Assembly (NCBI GenBank): GCA_964019335.1 | Contig: OZ025663.1 | Location: 310,001-374,000, forward strand | DNA: 64,000 bases | Direction of reading: 5' to 3' | From: Diplonema japonicum | Taxonomy: Eukaryota > Protista > Euglenozoa: Diplonemea | Shown: in pieces, positions 48,058 through 58,500 of the stretch | Numbering within the stretch: the stretch's first letter is position 1 | Layout: the number at the start of each line of letters is the position of its first letter | Made by a program: the position numbers and the translations under genes | The notes under the pieces: generated by a model | The model's database searches: none | Seen by the model: the letters and a program-made list of their open reading frames with translations, nothing else | What the model was told of the DNA's origin: nothing

Positions 48058-48710
48058 AAACGTTTCAGTCGATTTTTTCCCCCCTTTTCTTTTTCTTTTT
48101 TATATTAACCCTATCCGCACACCTTTCCTTTCCCCCTTTTTTTGTTTTAAAAAAGATTTTTTTTTTTTTTCCCGCTCTTCGGCGAGTGGTTCAGTGGAAA
48201 AAAAAAAGAAGAAAGAAGAAAGAGAGAAAAAAAAGTTGCAAGAAGTGTGTCTATTTTAACTTTTTTTTTTTTATATCCCACTTATTAAAATTTCCCCGTA
48301 GCACGAACGTATGTACTACTGTTATGGACCGGTAAGGGTAGTCTAGCATTTTCTGGGCGGGCCGTTGCTAACCACTTCGTTCCTATCATAGTGAATTTTT
48401 TCTTTTGTTTGGCGCTTCTTTTCTTCTTCTCTTTAAACATAAATTTGCTCCGCCCCCCCCCCATTTTTTCTCTTTTATTCACTTAAATGTTTTTTCTCTC
48501 TCTTTTTTTTCTTTTCATCTCCCTCCCGTACATCTTGTGTATTGTGGGGGATTTAAAAAAAAAAAAAAAAAGAAAACGTCCTTCTGTTCCTCCCATTCTG
48601 GTTTTCTTTTTCTTTTTTTTTCTCTTCTTTTCTTTGCCCCTTCCGATTCTCCCCCAGTGGCGTTTTTTGCTTCAATATATTTTTTTTCCTCTCTTTGAAT
48701 TGCACGCGGG

Positions 48711-48744
<34 letters not shown>

Positions 48745-48783
48745 GAAACAAAACCAGTTAAAAAACACCACTTCAAAATAATA

Positions 48784-49323
48784 ATGGGCCTTATCGACAT
48801 TGAGAAGCAGCTCGCCTTCTACGGGGAGTACCACGCGAACCCCATGAACCAGTGGGTGCACATCATCTTTGTTCCGCCCATCTTGTGGACGGCGATGGTG
48901 TTCGTGGAGTGCGCTGAGCTTGAGGCCTTCGGAGTTCCGGGCTCTTGGTACGTCGCTGCTGTGTACGGGATCTTCTACATGTTGATGGACTTCGTTCCTG
49001 GGTTCGTGTGTTCTGGGATCCTGGCAGCGATGGCTGCGACGAGCGTGATGTTCGCAGAGCAGGAGAACGCCTTGAACATCGCCATCGGTGTGCACATCCT
49101 GTCGTGGGTGGTGCAGGTCGGTCTCGGGCATGGTGTCTTCGAGGGCAGGGCTCCCTCCCTCCTCGACTCCTTCTTCCAGTCCCTCATGCTGGCCCCCTTC
49201 TTCGTCTTCATGGAGTGCGTCTTCAAGCTCGGCTTCAGGAAGGAGCAGTTCGAGTCCTTGAACAACATCGTCGGGAAGCGCATCCTTGAGTACAGGAAAC
49301 AGCAGGCGAAGAAGGCAAACTAA
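48784..49323 (+). CDS. MPO1: Mpo1/DUF962 family protein, copy 4
   Basis: Protein identical to copy 1, but with different 5' and 3' flanks. Confidence 0.92.
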   Translation: MGLIDIEKQLAFYGEYHANPMNQWVHIIFVPPILWTAMVFVECAELEAFGVPGSWYVAAVYGIFYMLMDFVPGFVCSGILAAMAATSVMFAEQENALNIAIGVHILSWVVQVGLGHGVFEGRAPSLLDSFFQSLMLAPFFVFMECVFKLGFRKEQFESLNNIVGKRILEYRKQQAKKAN

Positions 49324-49746
49324 ATTTAAAAAGAAAAAAAAAGAAAAGAGAAAGAAAAGTTCCTGTCCACCGCCCCAACGTGTTGTTTATGTGTACAGAG
49401 CGTGCGGTTTGCGGGGATGAGTTCTGCAACGCTGAGATGCCATGCTGGCTTGCAGATGCCGCCCCCTACCTTCCTTGCCTTTCTCACGTTTGATATATCT
49501 ATTTTTGCGTTGCAACCACAACCCATCAGGACCATACAGGACTCCACCAAAAAAAAAAAAGAAAAAAGAGACTTAGAGATGCCCCGTCGGTAAGCCTGCC
49601 TCATCCACAAGTCTTGCGACATGTCCGCGCATCGCACTGTGGTAGACCCACCTTAAATTTCTAGACTCATTTTTCGACATGTTTCTTCTTTCTTCTTCTT
49701 CTTCTTCTTCCCTCTTTCTTGTCCCGCATGCACGTACAGACGTCAC

Positions 49747-50691
49747 ATGGTGTGGGTCCTGTTCGTGTTGCTGCTATGCACGGCAGTGGAGGCTGCGGAC
49801 CCGTTCGCTCCAGGACACTACGAAGTGGTGACGTTGAAGGGGGACACACAGAGCACGACGGGCAACGTGACATGGAAGTACGTAGCAAGGGTGCCGAAGA
49901 CAGAAGAAAAAGCAAGCGTGCTTGTAATGGTAACCGCATTGGGAGGGATGGTCCCATCTGAGTTCTACGAAGAAGTAACAGACATGCTCGCAAGAAAAGG
50001 GGTTGCAAGCGTGCTGTTGTGGAGGATTGCAGGACCGGAGCCCAGGGTGGACGGCAGGTCTCTAAAAGATGCCATTTCATACCTAAAGACAAACCTGAAC
50101 ACGACATCTGTGAACTGGGACATGCTGTCGATCGGTGGCCACTCTGCAGGGAACCATGTGTGGTGCGACTATCTCACTGACGACTGCACCCCGCAAGTGA
50201 AGGGTGTCGTCATGGTAGACCCTGTCGACGGGTACGACCCGTACGGCATCATCAACAACTACTGCACCTCAACGGAGCATCCATTAGACTACACGCTGCC
50301 TGCTTTACTGATGTCGACCGGGCTGGACCCTGTGCCTGGCCCACAGGGAACGGCGTGTGCACCAGCGAATATGTCAAATACCAGGTTCTATAATGCGTGG
50401 GCCGGTCCCGTTTGGATGATCAACGCCACGGAGTACGGCCACCTTGATGTCTGCGACCCTTCCATTGAGGAGGCAGGCATCTTCTTCTGTGCGTCGGATA
50501 AACAGCCGAAGATGCCTTACAAACGCCAGCTAGCTGGTCTTGTAGCTGCCTTCTTCTCTCTCCTCAATGGATCTACTGATGCGGCTGTTGTCCTCACCAA
50601 TACATCCGCCATGCCCGTCACCTCCATTGCCCATTCGAATATGAACGGCAACAACCCACCGTACCAGACGGGGTGCCGTTATGTACAATGA
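49747..50691 (+). CDS. Secreted chlorophyllase-like alpha/beta hydrolase (314 aa)
   Basis: Signal peptide; nucleophile elbow GGHSAG; DPVDG acid motif; CAPANM; YGHLD catalytic His. This is the chlorophyllase-family motif set. Confidence 0.85.
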   Translation: MVWVLFVLLLCTAVEAADPFAPGHYEVVTLKGDTQSTTGNVTWKYVARVPKTEEKASVLVMVTALGGMVPSEFYEEVTDMLARKGVASVLLWRIAGPEPRVDGRSLKDAISYLKTNLNTTSVNWDMLSIGGHSAGNHVWCDYLTDDCTPQVKGVVMVDPVDGYDPYGIINNYCTSTEHPLDYTLPALLMSTGLDPVPGPQGTACAPANMSNTRFYNAWAGPVWMINATEYGHLDVCDPSIEEAGIFFCASDKQPKMPYKRQLAGLVAAFFSLLNGSTDAAVVLTNTSAMPVTSIAHSNMNGNNPPYQTGCRYVQ

Positions 50692-51087
50692 AGAGGCGGG
50701 TTTAAAAGAGAAGCAAGGGAGGAGAACGACCCTATCTTTCGAATTAACGTTTCAAAAAAAAAAAAAAAAGAAATAATAGCAGCCGATGTCCCCAACCCGA
50801 GGGACACGGCAGCAACAGAAAATGAACCGAACAGGAGGGAAAAGGGAGGGGAGTGTGAACTCGAGAAGGGAAGATAGCGGGGGGAAACTCCCGTCTATTG
50901 CTCCAGTTCAGTGGCCCACATCTTTGGCACCACTCGTAAACCGCACCATCACACAGCCCCAACAATCCCATTCTGCAACGGTCGAGGCTTCACGGCCATT
51001 GTTTTATTCAAACAACTTTTCTGCTAACGTGAGTTTTTTTAATTTTCCTTTTATTTTCCCCTTTTCTGAAACGCACAACACCAGAAC

Positions 51088-53112
51088 ATGGAGGCAGTGG
51101 TGGTGGGTGGCCTCCCTTTTGAAGGATGGGGTTGCGTAGAACTGCCTTGTGAATGGTTCGGTGGGGGTGGCGCAGGCCAAGCGTGGGAAGGACTGGAGGT
51201 GAAGGATTTAGAAGATATTGAAGAGGACGTACTTGTAGCGGGAGGGTGTGTGGAAGTGGATGGGAGGTACATATGTAGCGGGTGGCCTGGGAGAGAGAGC
51301 AGAGGTGTGCAAGGCATTCCAGGAAGAATACATAAATGCATCTCTAAGGGTATAGAGGAGCCACCTGAAGAAGACGAGGACAGCACCCGTCCTTCCCCAG
51401 TGCTCTGCCGCCCCCTAGAGGACAAGGTCCCCAACGCGATGTCTATCACGCTGGACACTGTCCCGAGCAGGTTCGATCCCACAACTCTCCAGCAATTGGG
51501 CCGCATCACCGTGTCTTCCATCCTCGCTGCACGTCTGCATGGATGTTTCGTACCCCGTCCCGGCCACCTCAATCTCCCGGACTTAGGCGGGCTTTTCAAG
51601 GTCACTTCCACCCAACCCGCTGGACTTCTTCTCCGTGTCACTCCAACCACAAAATTCCAGATCAACTTACGCGAAACTCCCAAAAACACACCCACCGCCA
51701 CCAGGTCACCCTGCCTCATCTCTAGTCGTAGTGATGTATGGTCTTGGCTGGAGAAGCTGCCGTTAGAGGGCATCCTGCTGCACGGTGTGGCGGGCGTCGG
51801 GAAAACATATGTTGTAAAGGCGTTTTGCGAGGCAACAAAGAGGGCTGTGAAGGAGGTGGACTGCAGGAGAGTAGTGCACGGGGATCTGATGGCAATGGAG
51901 GTGGAGGCTGAGGAGGTGCTGCTGATGAAGAACCTTGACGACTTGACGGGCTCGAGCAACATAGCTGCAGTTTGCATACTGGTCGAGAAGTGCAAGGGCA
52001 AGGTCGTGGGCACAGCAAAGAACGTGAGTGGTGTGGACAGACTGCTGCGCAGGGGCGGAAGGTTTGGGATAGAAGTATACATGCCCCCACCTGATGAGGA
52101 CGGAAGGCGTGAGACACTCATGTCCCTCGGTTTGGAAGAGGAGACAGCATCCTCAGTGGCTGCAGTGACGCAAGGGTGCGTTGCAGCTGACTTACACCAC
52201 ATTGTGCAGATAGGTGTCGAGCATGCTACAAGACACAGGTCTGCCCTGCACCGTGCTGTGTGCACAGAGCTGCGCAGCACGACGACCTTTGATGACATCG
52301 GCGGTCTGGCTGAAGTGAAGGAGCAGATCTACCGCCAGGTTATATGGCCGACCGAACATCCTGAAAAATGTAAAACCTTCAAAATAAAGCCGCTGTCAGG
52401 CGCGTTGCTGTACGGCCCTCCTGGGTGCGCGAAAACAAGCGTCGTGCGAGCGTTGGCGGGAACGTGCAAGAGGAGCTTGATATGCATCGATGCTGCGGGG
52501 CTGTTTGGGTGCTACGTAGGGGAGAGCGAGGCGTTGCTGAGGGGGGCGTTCCAGAAGGCAAAACTTGTGGCGCCATCTCTGCTGTTCATCGACGAGGTGG
52601 AGTCAGTGTGCGGGCGGAAGAGAGGGGACGAGACAGCTGCGGACGTCTCAGCAAAGGTGCTGACGACGCTGCTGAACGAGCTCGATGGTGTGGACGGAGG
52701 CACAAAAGAGGACGTAATCTTCATCGGTGCTACTAACCACCCGGAATCTTTAGACCCTGCAGTGCTGCGGCCTGGCAGGTTTGACTGCCTCATTCATGTC
52801 CCTGCCCCGACGCAGGACGAGCGTCTTGCAGTCCTCAACATATACACGAAACATCTCCCGCTCTCCACCGATGCCCGTGACGCCTTGCCTCGCATGGCAG
52901 CACGTACCACAGGCTACACAGGTGCAGATCTCCGTGCGCTCTGCACCGAAGCTTCTTACGCGTCATTGCGGAGGGCGCTGCAAGATGGTGACAACGAGGA
53001 GCCGGTCATCATCTGCCATGATTTCGAGGAGGCCCTGCGACGCGTGAAGCCCTCTGTCGACGACTCTGTGGTGCGGAGGTACAGCGCGTTTGCAAGCACC
53101 GTTTCGAAATAA
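51088..53112 (+). CDS. CDC48/AFG2 (SPATA5/SPATA5L1-like) type II AAA+ ATPase
   Basis: D1 has GILLHGVAGVGKT with a degenerate Walker B (KNLDD) and LRRGGRF. D2 has DIGGL, LLYGPPGCAKT, LFIDEVES, LLNELDGV, ATNHPESLDPAVLRPGRFD and GYTGADL. Confidence 0.88.
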   Translation: MEAVVVGGLPFEGWGCVELPCEWFGGGGAGQAWEGLEVKDLEDIEEDVLVAGGCVEVDGRYICSGWPGRESRGVQGIPGRIHKCISKGIEEPPEEDEDSTRPSPVLCRPLEDKVPNAMSITLDTVPSRFDPTTLQQLGRITVSSILAARLHGCFVPRPGHLNLPDLGGLFKVTSTQPAGLLLRVTPTTKFQINLRETPKNTPTATRSPCLISSRSDVWSWLEKLPLEGILLHGVAGVGKTYVVKAFCEATKRAVKEVDCRRVVHGDLMAMEVEAEEVLLMKNLDDLTGSSNIAAVCILVEKCKGKVVGTAKNVSGVDRLLRRGGRFGIEVYMPPPDEDGRRETLMSLGLEEETASSVAAVTQGCVAADLHHIVQIGVEHATRHRSALHRAVCTELRSTTTFDDIGGLAEVKEQIYRQVIWPTEHPEKCKTFKIKPLSGALLYGPPGCAKTSVVRALAGTCKRSLICIDAAGLFGCYVGESEALLRGAFQKAKLVAPSLLFIDEVESVCGRKRGDETAADVSAKVLTTLLNELDGVDGGTKEDVIFIGATNHPESLDPAVLRPGRFDCLIHVPAPTQDERLAVLNIYTKHLPLSTDARDALPRMAARTTGYTGADLRALCTEASYASLRRALQDGDNEEPVIICHDFEEALRRVKPSVDDSVVRRYSAFASTVSK

Positions 53113-53211
53113 CAAGTAAATCATTTTTCTTTTTTTTGTCCCCCCCCGTCTTATACCCTCAAAAACAGAAACCAGAGACAGGCGGTAGGGGGAGGGGGAG
53201 GGGACGACAGC

Positions 53212-53581
53212 ATGTTTATACTAAGCGCTTTGCGAGATGCTGTGCGTCTAGTGCCCGAGCTGTTCGACAAGGAGCTGACGGCAGCGCTGATGTCGGTGTT
53301 GAATGAGAAGTACGCTGGGCGTGTGCTGCCCGATGTCGGGATGTGCATACAGGTCTACGATATCACATCGTACTCGGATGCTGTGCTGCACCCAGGCGAT
53401 GGTGCGTCATACAGCACTGTGTACTTTCGATTGGTCGTGTTTCGACCGTTCACAGAAGAGGTTCTGAAGGGAAAGATAATCAAGTCGGACCTGGAGAAAG
53501 GTGTACAGGTCTCAATTGGATTTTTTGACAATATTTGGGTACCCCCGTGCAACTTGAGGCAGAAAGCTGTGTTGTATGGGC

Positions 53582-53612
<31 letters not shown>

Positions 53613-53974
53613 CACAAAACAGCGATAAGGAAGAACGCCTCTGGACCAATGAAATCGAGCCGGAAGACGACGACGATCAAATGGAGCCACTAAGAAATTA
53701 TTTAGAGTTGCAGCAAGAGGTCCGGGTGCAGTGCGTGGCCATAACCTTCGACACGACAACGAAGGCACCATTTACCGAACCTGAAGTGTATGCGATATGA
53801 TTATTTTTATTTTTCTTTTTCTTTGGAAATCCTCTCTTTTACAGGTTTCAGCGAACCGGGATCAATCTCCCCTCAAAGCCAGTTGAAAAAACACAGGAGG
53901 TACCGATGAAAGTGATCGGATCTTTCATAGAGCGGGGGTTGGGTCCTGTTGAATGGTGGAAATATCAGGAATAA
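53212..53974 (+). CDS. RPC25: RNA polymerase III subunit RPC25/RPC8 (218 aa; introns 53574-53622 and 53788-53844)
   Basis: [24 protein letters not shown]...[21 protein letters not shown]. Splicing restores FDKEERLW and the C-terminal [15 protein letters not shown] signature. Confidence 0.93.
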
Positions 53975-54011
53975 TGTCTTCTTCTTTCCCCCCCTTTCAG
54001 AAGAGAGAAGG

Positions 54012-54064
<53 letters not shown>

Positions 54065-54101
54065 GGCCGATTTTTATATATTTCATACACATAAAAAGAT
54101 T

Positions 54102-55074
54102 ATGGGCGAAAAAGAGTACTGGGAAGAAACGCAAGAGCTCGTACAGCCATTGATACCCCGGCCGCAGCTGACGGAGAAACTTTTGAAAAAGCCTCCATTT
54201 CGATTTGTGCACGATATTTTTACAAATTTGGTATTATCCCCCCCCCCCCCTTCCCCCTTCCCCCTTCCCCCCACTTCGACACGACAAACAGACCGCTGCG
54301 ACAGGTTTCGGAGAAGGTTTGCTTCAGGGCAGCAATTTAGACTCGGCCTCCTTCTCTGAGAAATCTGCAAAAGCTGCTTGCTTGAAGAGAATAATCCATT
54401 ATGTATCCCTCGTCAATGGCAGTGACGTGAACGTGGACCCGAAACAAATGGTGTCCGGGAGAGAGCCGGAGCGTTCAAATGAATTCCTACGAGACATGGC
54501 AAGAGCTGTAAAAACCTCAAGAGATACATGGTACGAAGCCCTGGACACTATTAAGGAGAAGGATCTCGGAGATACTACAGAGGTGCCGCCGCCGCCGCCA
54601 CCTCCAGATGAAGAATCCATTCAGAAGAAAAGCCAGATGAGCATTGACACGAAGCTTGACGAGGATTCTACCCGGGACCGGACGGGGAAACCTACCAATT
54701 GGGAAAACATGATCAAAGAGGCTACAGATCTGCGTGCAAAAGCGGAGCAACATGGGGCGGACGTGAACGATTGCAAGACGTTTTCAAACAAAGCACTCGG
54801 TGCAGAGATATTAGAGATCCAAAAGGAAATCACGATAGCCTCCCGGGCACCAATTGCCGACCCGCTCACCCCATACGACCTCCCTGAGAAACCGGAAGAT
54901 GTCGATAAATTAGTTGAATTGATTGAGGTTTGCAAAAAAAAAAAAAAAAGAGGGGGAGGCAAAAAAAAAAAAAAAAAAAAGGAACAACTCTCATCCGTCC
55001 GCCTGACCAACGAAATGATGCAAGCCAACGAACTGATCCTAGACAGGCTGACAAAGGGCATAATACCCCACTAA
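54102..55074 (+). CDS. IFT54/TRAF3IP1 (MIP-T3) CH-domain protein, short form (285 aa; introns 54231-54291 and 54928-54981)
   Basis: [37 protein letters not shown] and [17 protein letters not shown] match the IFT54 N-terminal CH domain. It is shorter than canonical IFT54, so it may be a paralogue. Confidence 0.82.
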
Positions 55075-55173
55075 TTCCCTATCCCGCCCCTCTTTTTTTT
55101 TTTTTTTTTTTGACTCCATACTCAGCTCAGTTCTTCTTCATCACCACCCTTCAGGCATGTGAATAGAAGAGCC

Positions 55174-57168
55174 ATGCAAACCCCAATGTATGTCAGTGGC
55201 AGGGCACCAGAACTTGCGCCATCGACAGAACGCAGGTTCATGACACCTGCGTATTCCCCAGAGCCTGCAATGATGACGAACGCAACAACAGTGAATCTGG
55301 GAAGGCCGTTGCTCAGTGGGTACGGAAGCAGCAAGATACAGCCCTTGCCAGCACCATCGCCTTTGATACCGCCTGCCGCTTCACCTTCACCTTCACCTTT
55401 ACCTACGCAGAAGAGTGTAGGCACAGTCAAGACCTACAAAACCCTTACATCTCCCAACATCAACGATGAGATTCCAGCGCCAGTGAAGCCGCATGCCGTG
55501 GAGGACATGTGCGAGACCCTTCAGTGGTTTTTCCTCTTTGTTGTGTTCTGCCTTCTTGTTGTTCAGTCTGTGAACCACGACACGGACTCGACCCCCACAC
55601 CTTATGACCTCACCATCCCCTGGATGGTGGCCCTTCTTTCCCTCTTCTTCATCACGCTCGTGCAGTGCTGTTACCAGCTTGCCGTGATCGGTAACAAGAG
55701 CCGTACAAAAAAGGACAAGGACGAGCAGCACCGTCTGCTTTCCCTCTTGCGACTGAAGCATGATGACAAGAAGATCCGAAGGTACAACATGCTCGGGAAG
55801 CACATCGATGAGACTCTGAGCCGTAGCAACTTGGCCGACAGCACGCAGCAGTTGAGCGGTCCTGTGTTAGACTGGAGCAGGTATCCGAGGAATGTTCCCT
55901 TTGGTGACCAGATGCGGAAGCAGCACTTTGTGTTGGATCCGTTCTTTTTCAATGCTGCTAGTTATGGTGCGACCCCTAGCTGTGTCAGGGACTGCAAGCA
56001 ACAGTGGGAGCAGATCATCCAGAAGAATCCGGCACTCTTCAAAGCAACGCGGCTTCAAGGGAAGCTGCAGGAGATTACGTCACGGCTCTGCCGTGCCATT
56101 AATTCCAACTACGAGGACACTGTTCTCGTAACCAACGCAAACCAAGCGACATCCGCCATCCTGAAGGCCTTCCCCTGGGAGGTGGGCGACACGCTGTTCA
56201 TCTTGAGCGTCGACTACGATGCTACGAAGCTGGCAGCACGTTTTATGGAACGCACCTACGGCATCGAGACAGTGGAGCTGAAGCTTTCGCTACCCATGTC
56301 GAACACGGCGATACTCGCCAAGGTGAAGGCTGAGCTGGAGAGACTCAGCACCACCGATGTAGGGCTTCCGAAACTCGCAAACTTCTGCCACGTGACATCC
56401 AAAACCGCGTGGATCTTCCCTGCGAAGGATCTTGTGGCGTTGTTCCACTCCTTCGACGTCCCTGTGATAGTGGACGGTGCGCAGGCTGCTGGCCACCTTG
56501 ACATCAATGTGAACGACATCAACTCTGACTGGTATCTGGGCACAGTGCACAAGTGGATGTACTCCTGTCAAGGTGTCGCGTTCCTCGTCACGAAGGGAGC
56601 TGACAAAAAAGCAAGCACCATCCCCCTGCAGATAACAGGGCTGCGATTCGAAGGCTTCAAGAAAGAGTTCGAAAAGTATGGTGACCTAGACTACCCGACT
56701 TGGCTGTCGGTGGAGAGCAGTTTTGACTTTGTGGAGAAGGTGTGCGGCGGCTGGGACAAAGTGAGAGGATACTGCAGGGAACAAGCGAGGCAGGCGGTGG
56801 CGGTACTGGAGGAAAAATGGAAGACGAAAGTGGTGCAGGGTACCCAGGACGTGTACGGGAACATGCCCATAGTACCCTTACCGAACGGGGACAACACTAC
56901 ACAGCTAGAAGCGGCCAAGGTGATGGCGTACCTCACCACGAAGAACATCACAGCCTTCGTGCTGGTGGCAAAGTTCAACAACGTCTCCAAACTATGCATC
57001 CGATGCTCATGCCAGATCTACACATCTGTCGCAGACTGGCGATACTTAGGAGACGTAGTCAACGAGCTCAAAGGAGGCTACAGCGCACTGGGCGTTGTGG
57101 CGACAATGTTCACAAGCGGCCCGAAAAAGAAAGGCGATGAAGACGAAGACGATGCTGTTATGACGTGA
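55174..57168 (+). CDS. Class-V PLP-dependent enzyme (L-cysteine desulfhydrase / Egt2 / isopenicillin-N epimerase-like) with an N-terminal Pro-rich region and two TM helices (664 aa)
   Basis: FNAASYGATP, VDGAQAAG, GTVHKW (PLP lysine), IRCSCQIYT. Two hydrophobic segments precede the catalytic domain. Confidence 0.87.
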   Translation: MQTPMYVSGRAPELAPSTERRFMTPAYSPEPAMMTNATTVNLGRPLLSGYGSSKIQPLPAPSPLIPPAASPSPSPLPTQKSVGTVKTYKTLTSPNINDEIPAPVKPHAVEDMCETLQWFFLFVVFCLLVVQSVNHDTDSTPTPYDLTIPWMVALLSLFFITLVQCCYQLAVIGNKSRTKKDKDEQHRLLSLLRLKHDDKKIRRYNMLGKHIDETLSRSNLADSTQQLSGPVLDWSRYPRNVPFGDQMRKQHFVLDPFFFNAASYGATPSCVRDCKQQWEQIIQKNPALFKATRLQGKLQEITSRLCRAINSNYEDTVLVTNANQATSAILKAFPWEVGDTLFILSVDYDATKLAARFMERTYGIETVELKLSLPMSNTAILAKVKAELERLSTTDVGLPKLANFCHVTSKTAWIFPAKDLVALFHSFDVPVIVDGAQAAGHLDINVNDINSDWYLGTVHKWMYSCQGVAFLVTKGADKKASTIPLQITGLRFEGFKKEFEKYGDLDYPTWLSVESSFDFVEKVCGGWDKVRGYCREQARQAVAVLEEKWKTKVVQGTQDVYGNMPIVPLPNGDNTTQLEAAKVMAYLTTKNITAFVLVAKFNNVSKLCIRCSCQIYTSVADWRYLGDVVNELKGGYSALGVVATMFTSGPKKKGDEDEDDAVMT

Positions 57169-57245
57169 TACATGTACCTTCCTTAAGGTTTTCTTTCCCC
57201 CCTCCCCCCCCTCTCCCACGCAAAACAAACATCCCAGGGGTTACA

Positions 57246-58349
57246 ATGGGTTCGGGGTCACCAACCTTCAAGGTCCTGGTGTCAACATGGGTACGGGAGA
57301 ACGTCGCCGCAGCATCGGCCGTCGTGATCTGGTTTATACTGGCGGTGATGTACATGCAGTACTGCTACGCCGATCCTGATACGGAAATCATGAAATGGAT
57401 GCGCCGGCAAACGGTGAATGAAATGTCGGGCTCAAACAGCACAACGGTCCGGCTTCCCAGTAAGTACAGGATGTTGAACCCGTGGCTGCTCATGGTCGAC
57501 TACCCTTTCTGCCGGTGGATCACCTTCACATTGAAGCTCAAGGACGTTCCCATGATCACTGCAAACTTCATCTCTCTAGTCCACCCTGTCATGGCACTGT
57601 TTGCCGCCTACTTGATGGTTAAGTCGGCAAAGCCGCCTGTACAGTCATCGACACCTGACATTGAGGCAGATTTCGACGACGATACCACCCCCACAAAAGA
57701 AACAGTGGTAGGAGCCCAACAAGTATTGATGATGAAAATCGCTGCAATTATATTTCAAATCCGAAACACATTAGACACCCTTGATGGTGTTATGGCAAGG
57801 GCACAAACAGATAAAAAACTAGCAACAGGTGTTGGGCTCAACGGGCATTTGCTTGATGTTGTGACAGATATGGCAGGGGTTACAACATTCATGGCTGCTG
57901 TTTGGTATCATTATTACATTTTGAAAGCCAGAGTCAGCAAGCATGGTGTTCCTGGAGTCCGTGAGGTAGTTGCGAAGCTTACTTCTGTCGGGCTGTCGCC
58001 TGTGGCGATTTCTAGAGTGATGTGTTTCTTTGGTGTTGCTATGATATGCCTGACAGGGCTCTCTTGGGAGACTACCATGCTTAGAATGCAGGCTTATTTT
58101 GACGACACCACGAACCCCGGTGTACTTGCGTTGGAGCGAACGCCGCCTGTGCAGATTTGTTACTTTCTCTGGTCGCTTACCTGTTCTGACACGTTATTCA
58201 CTTACCTGATTATCGCCTTGTTGACAGGGGTTTCGCATGACTTTCTTCTCGTACTCTCAGTGTATGGGTGGGGTTGGCTTGTCTTCCTTACCCTGTACTC
58301 TACTTATGTTACCAAATGGATTGTGAACCACCCTGCTATGATGCCGATG

Positions 58350-58352
<3 letters not shown>
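57246..58352 (+). CDS. CDP-alcohol phosphatidyltransferase, ceramide phosphoethanolamine synthase (CPES)-like (368 aa)
   Basis: ITANFISLVH and the signature DTLDGVMAR...G..GHLLDVVTD (DxxDGxxAR...GxxxDxxxD); multi-pass membrane profile. Confidence 0.85.
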
Positions 58353-58385
<33 letters not shown>

Positions 58386-58469
58386 TTTTGTTTTTTTTTC
58401 CAGTGTTTTTTTTTTCTTCTTCTTTTTTTTCTAGAGATTTAAAAAAAAAAAAAAAAAAAAAAGAGAGAG

Positions 58470-58500
<31 letters not shown>

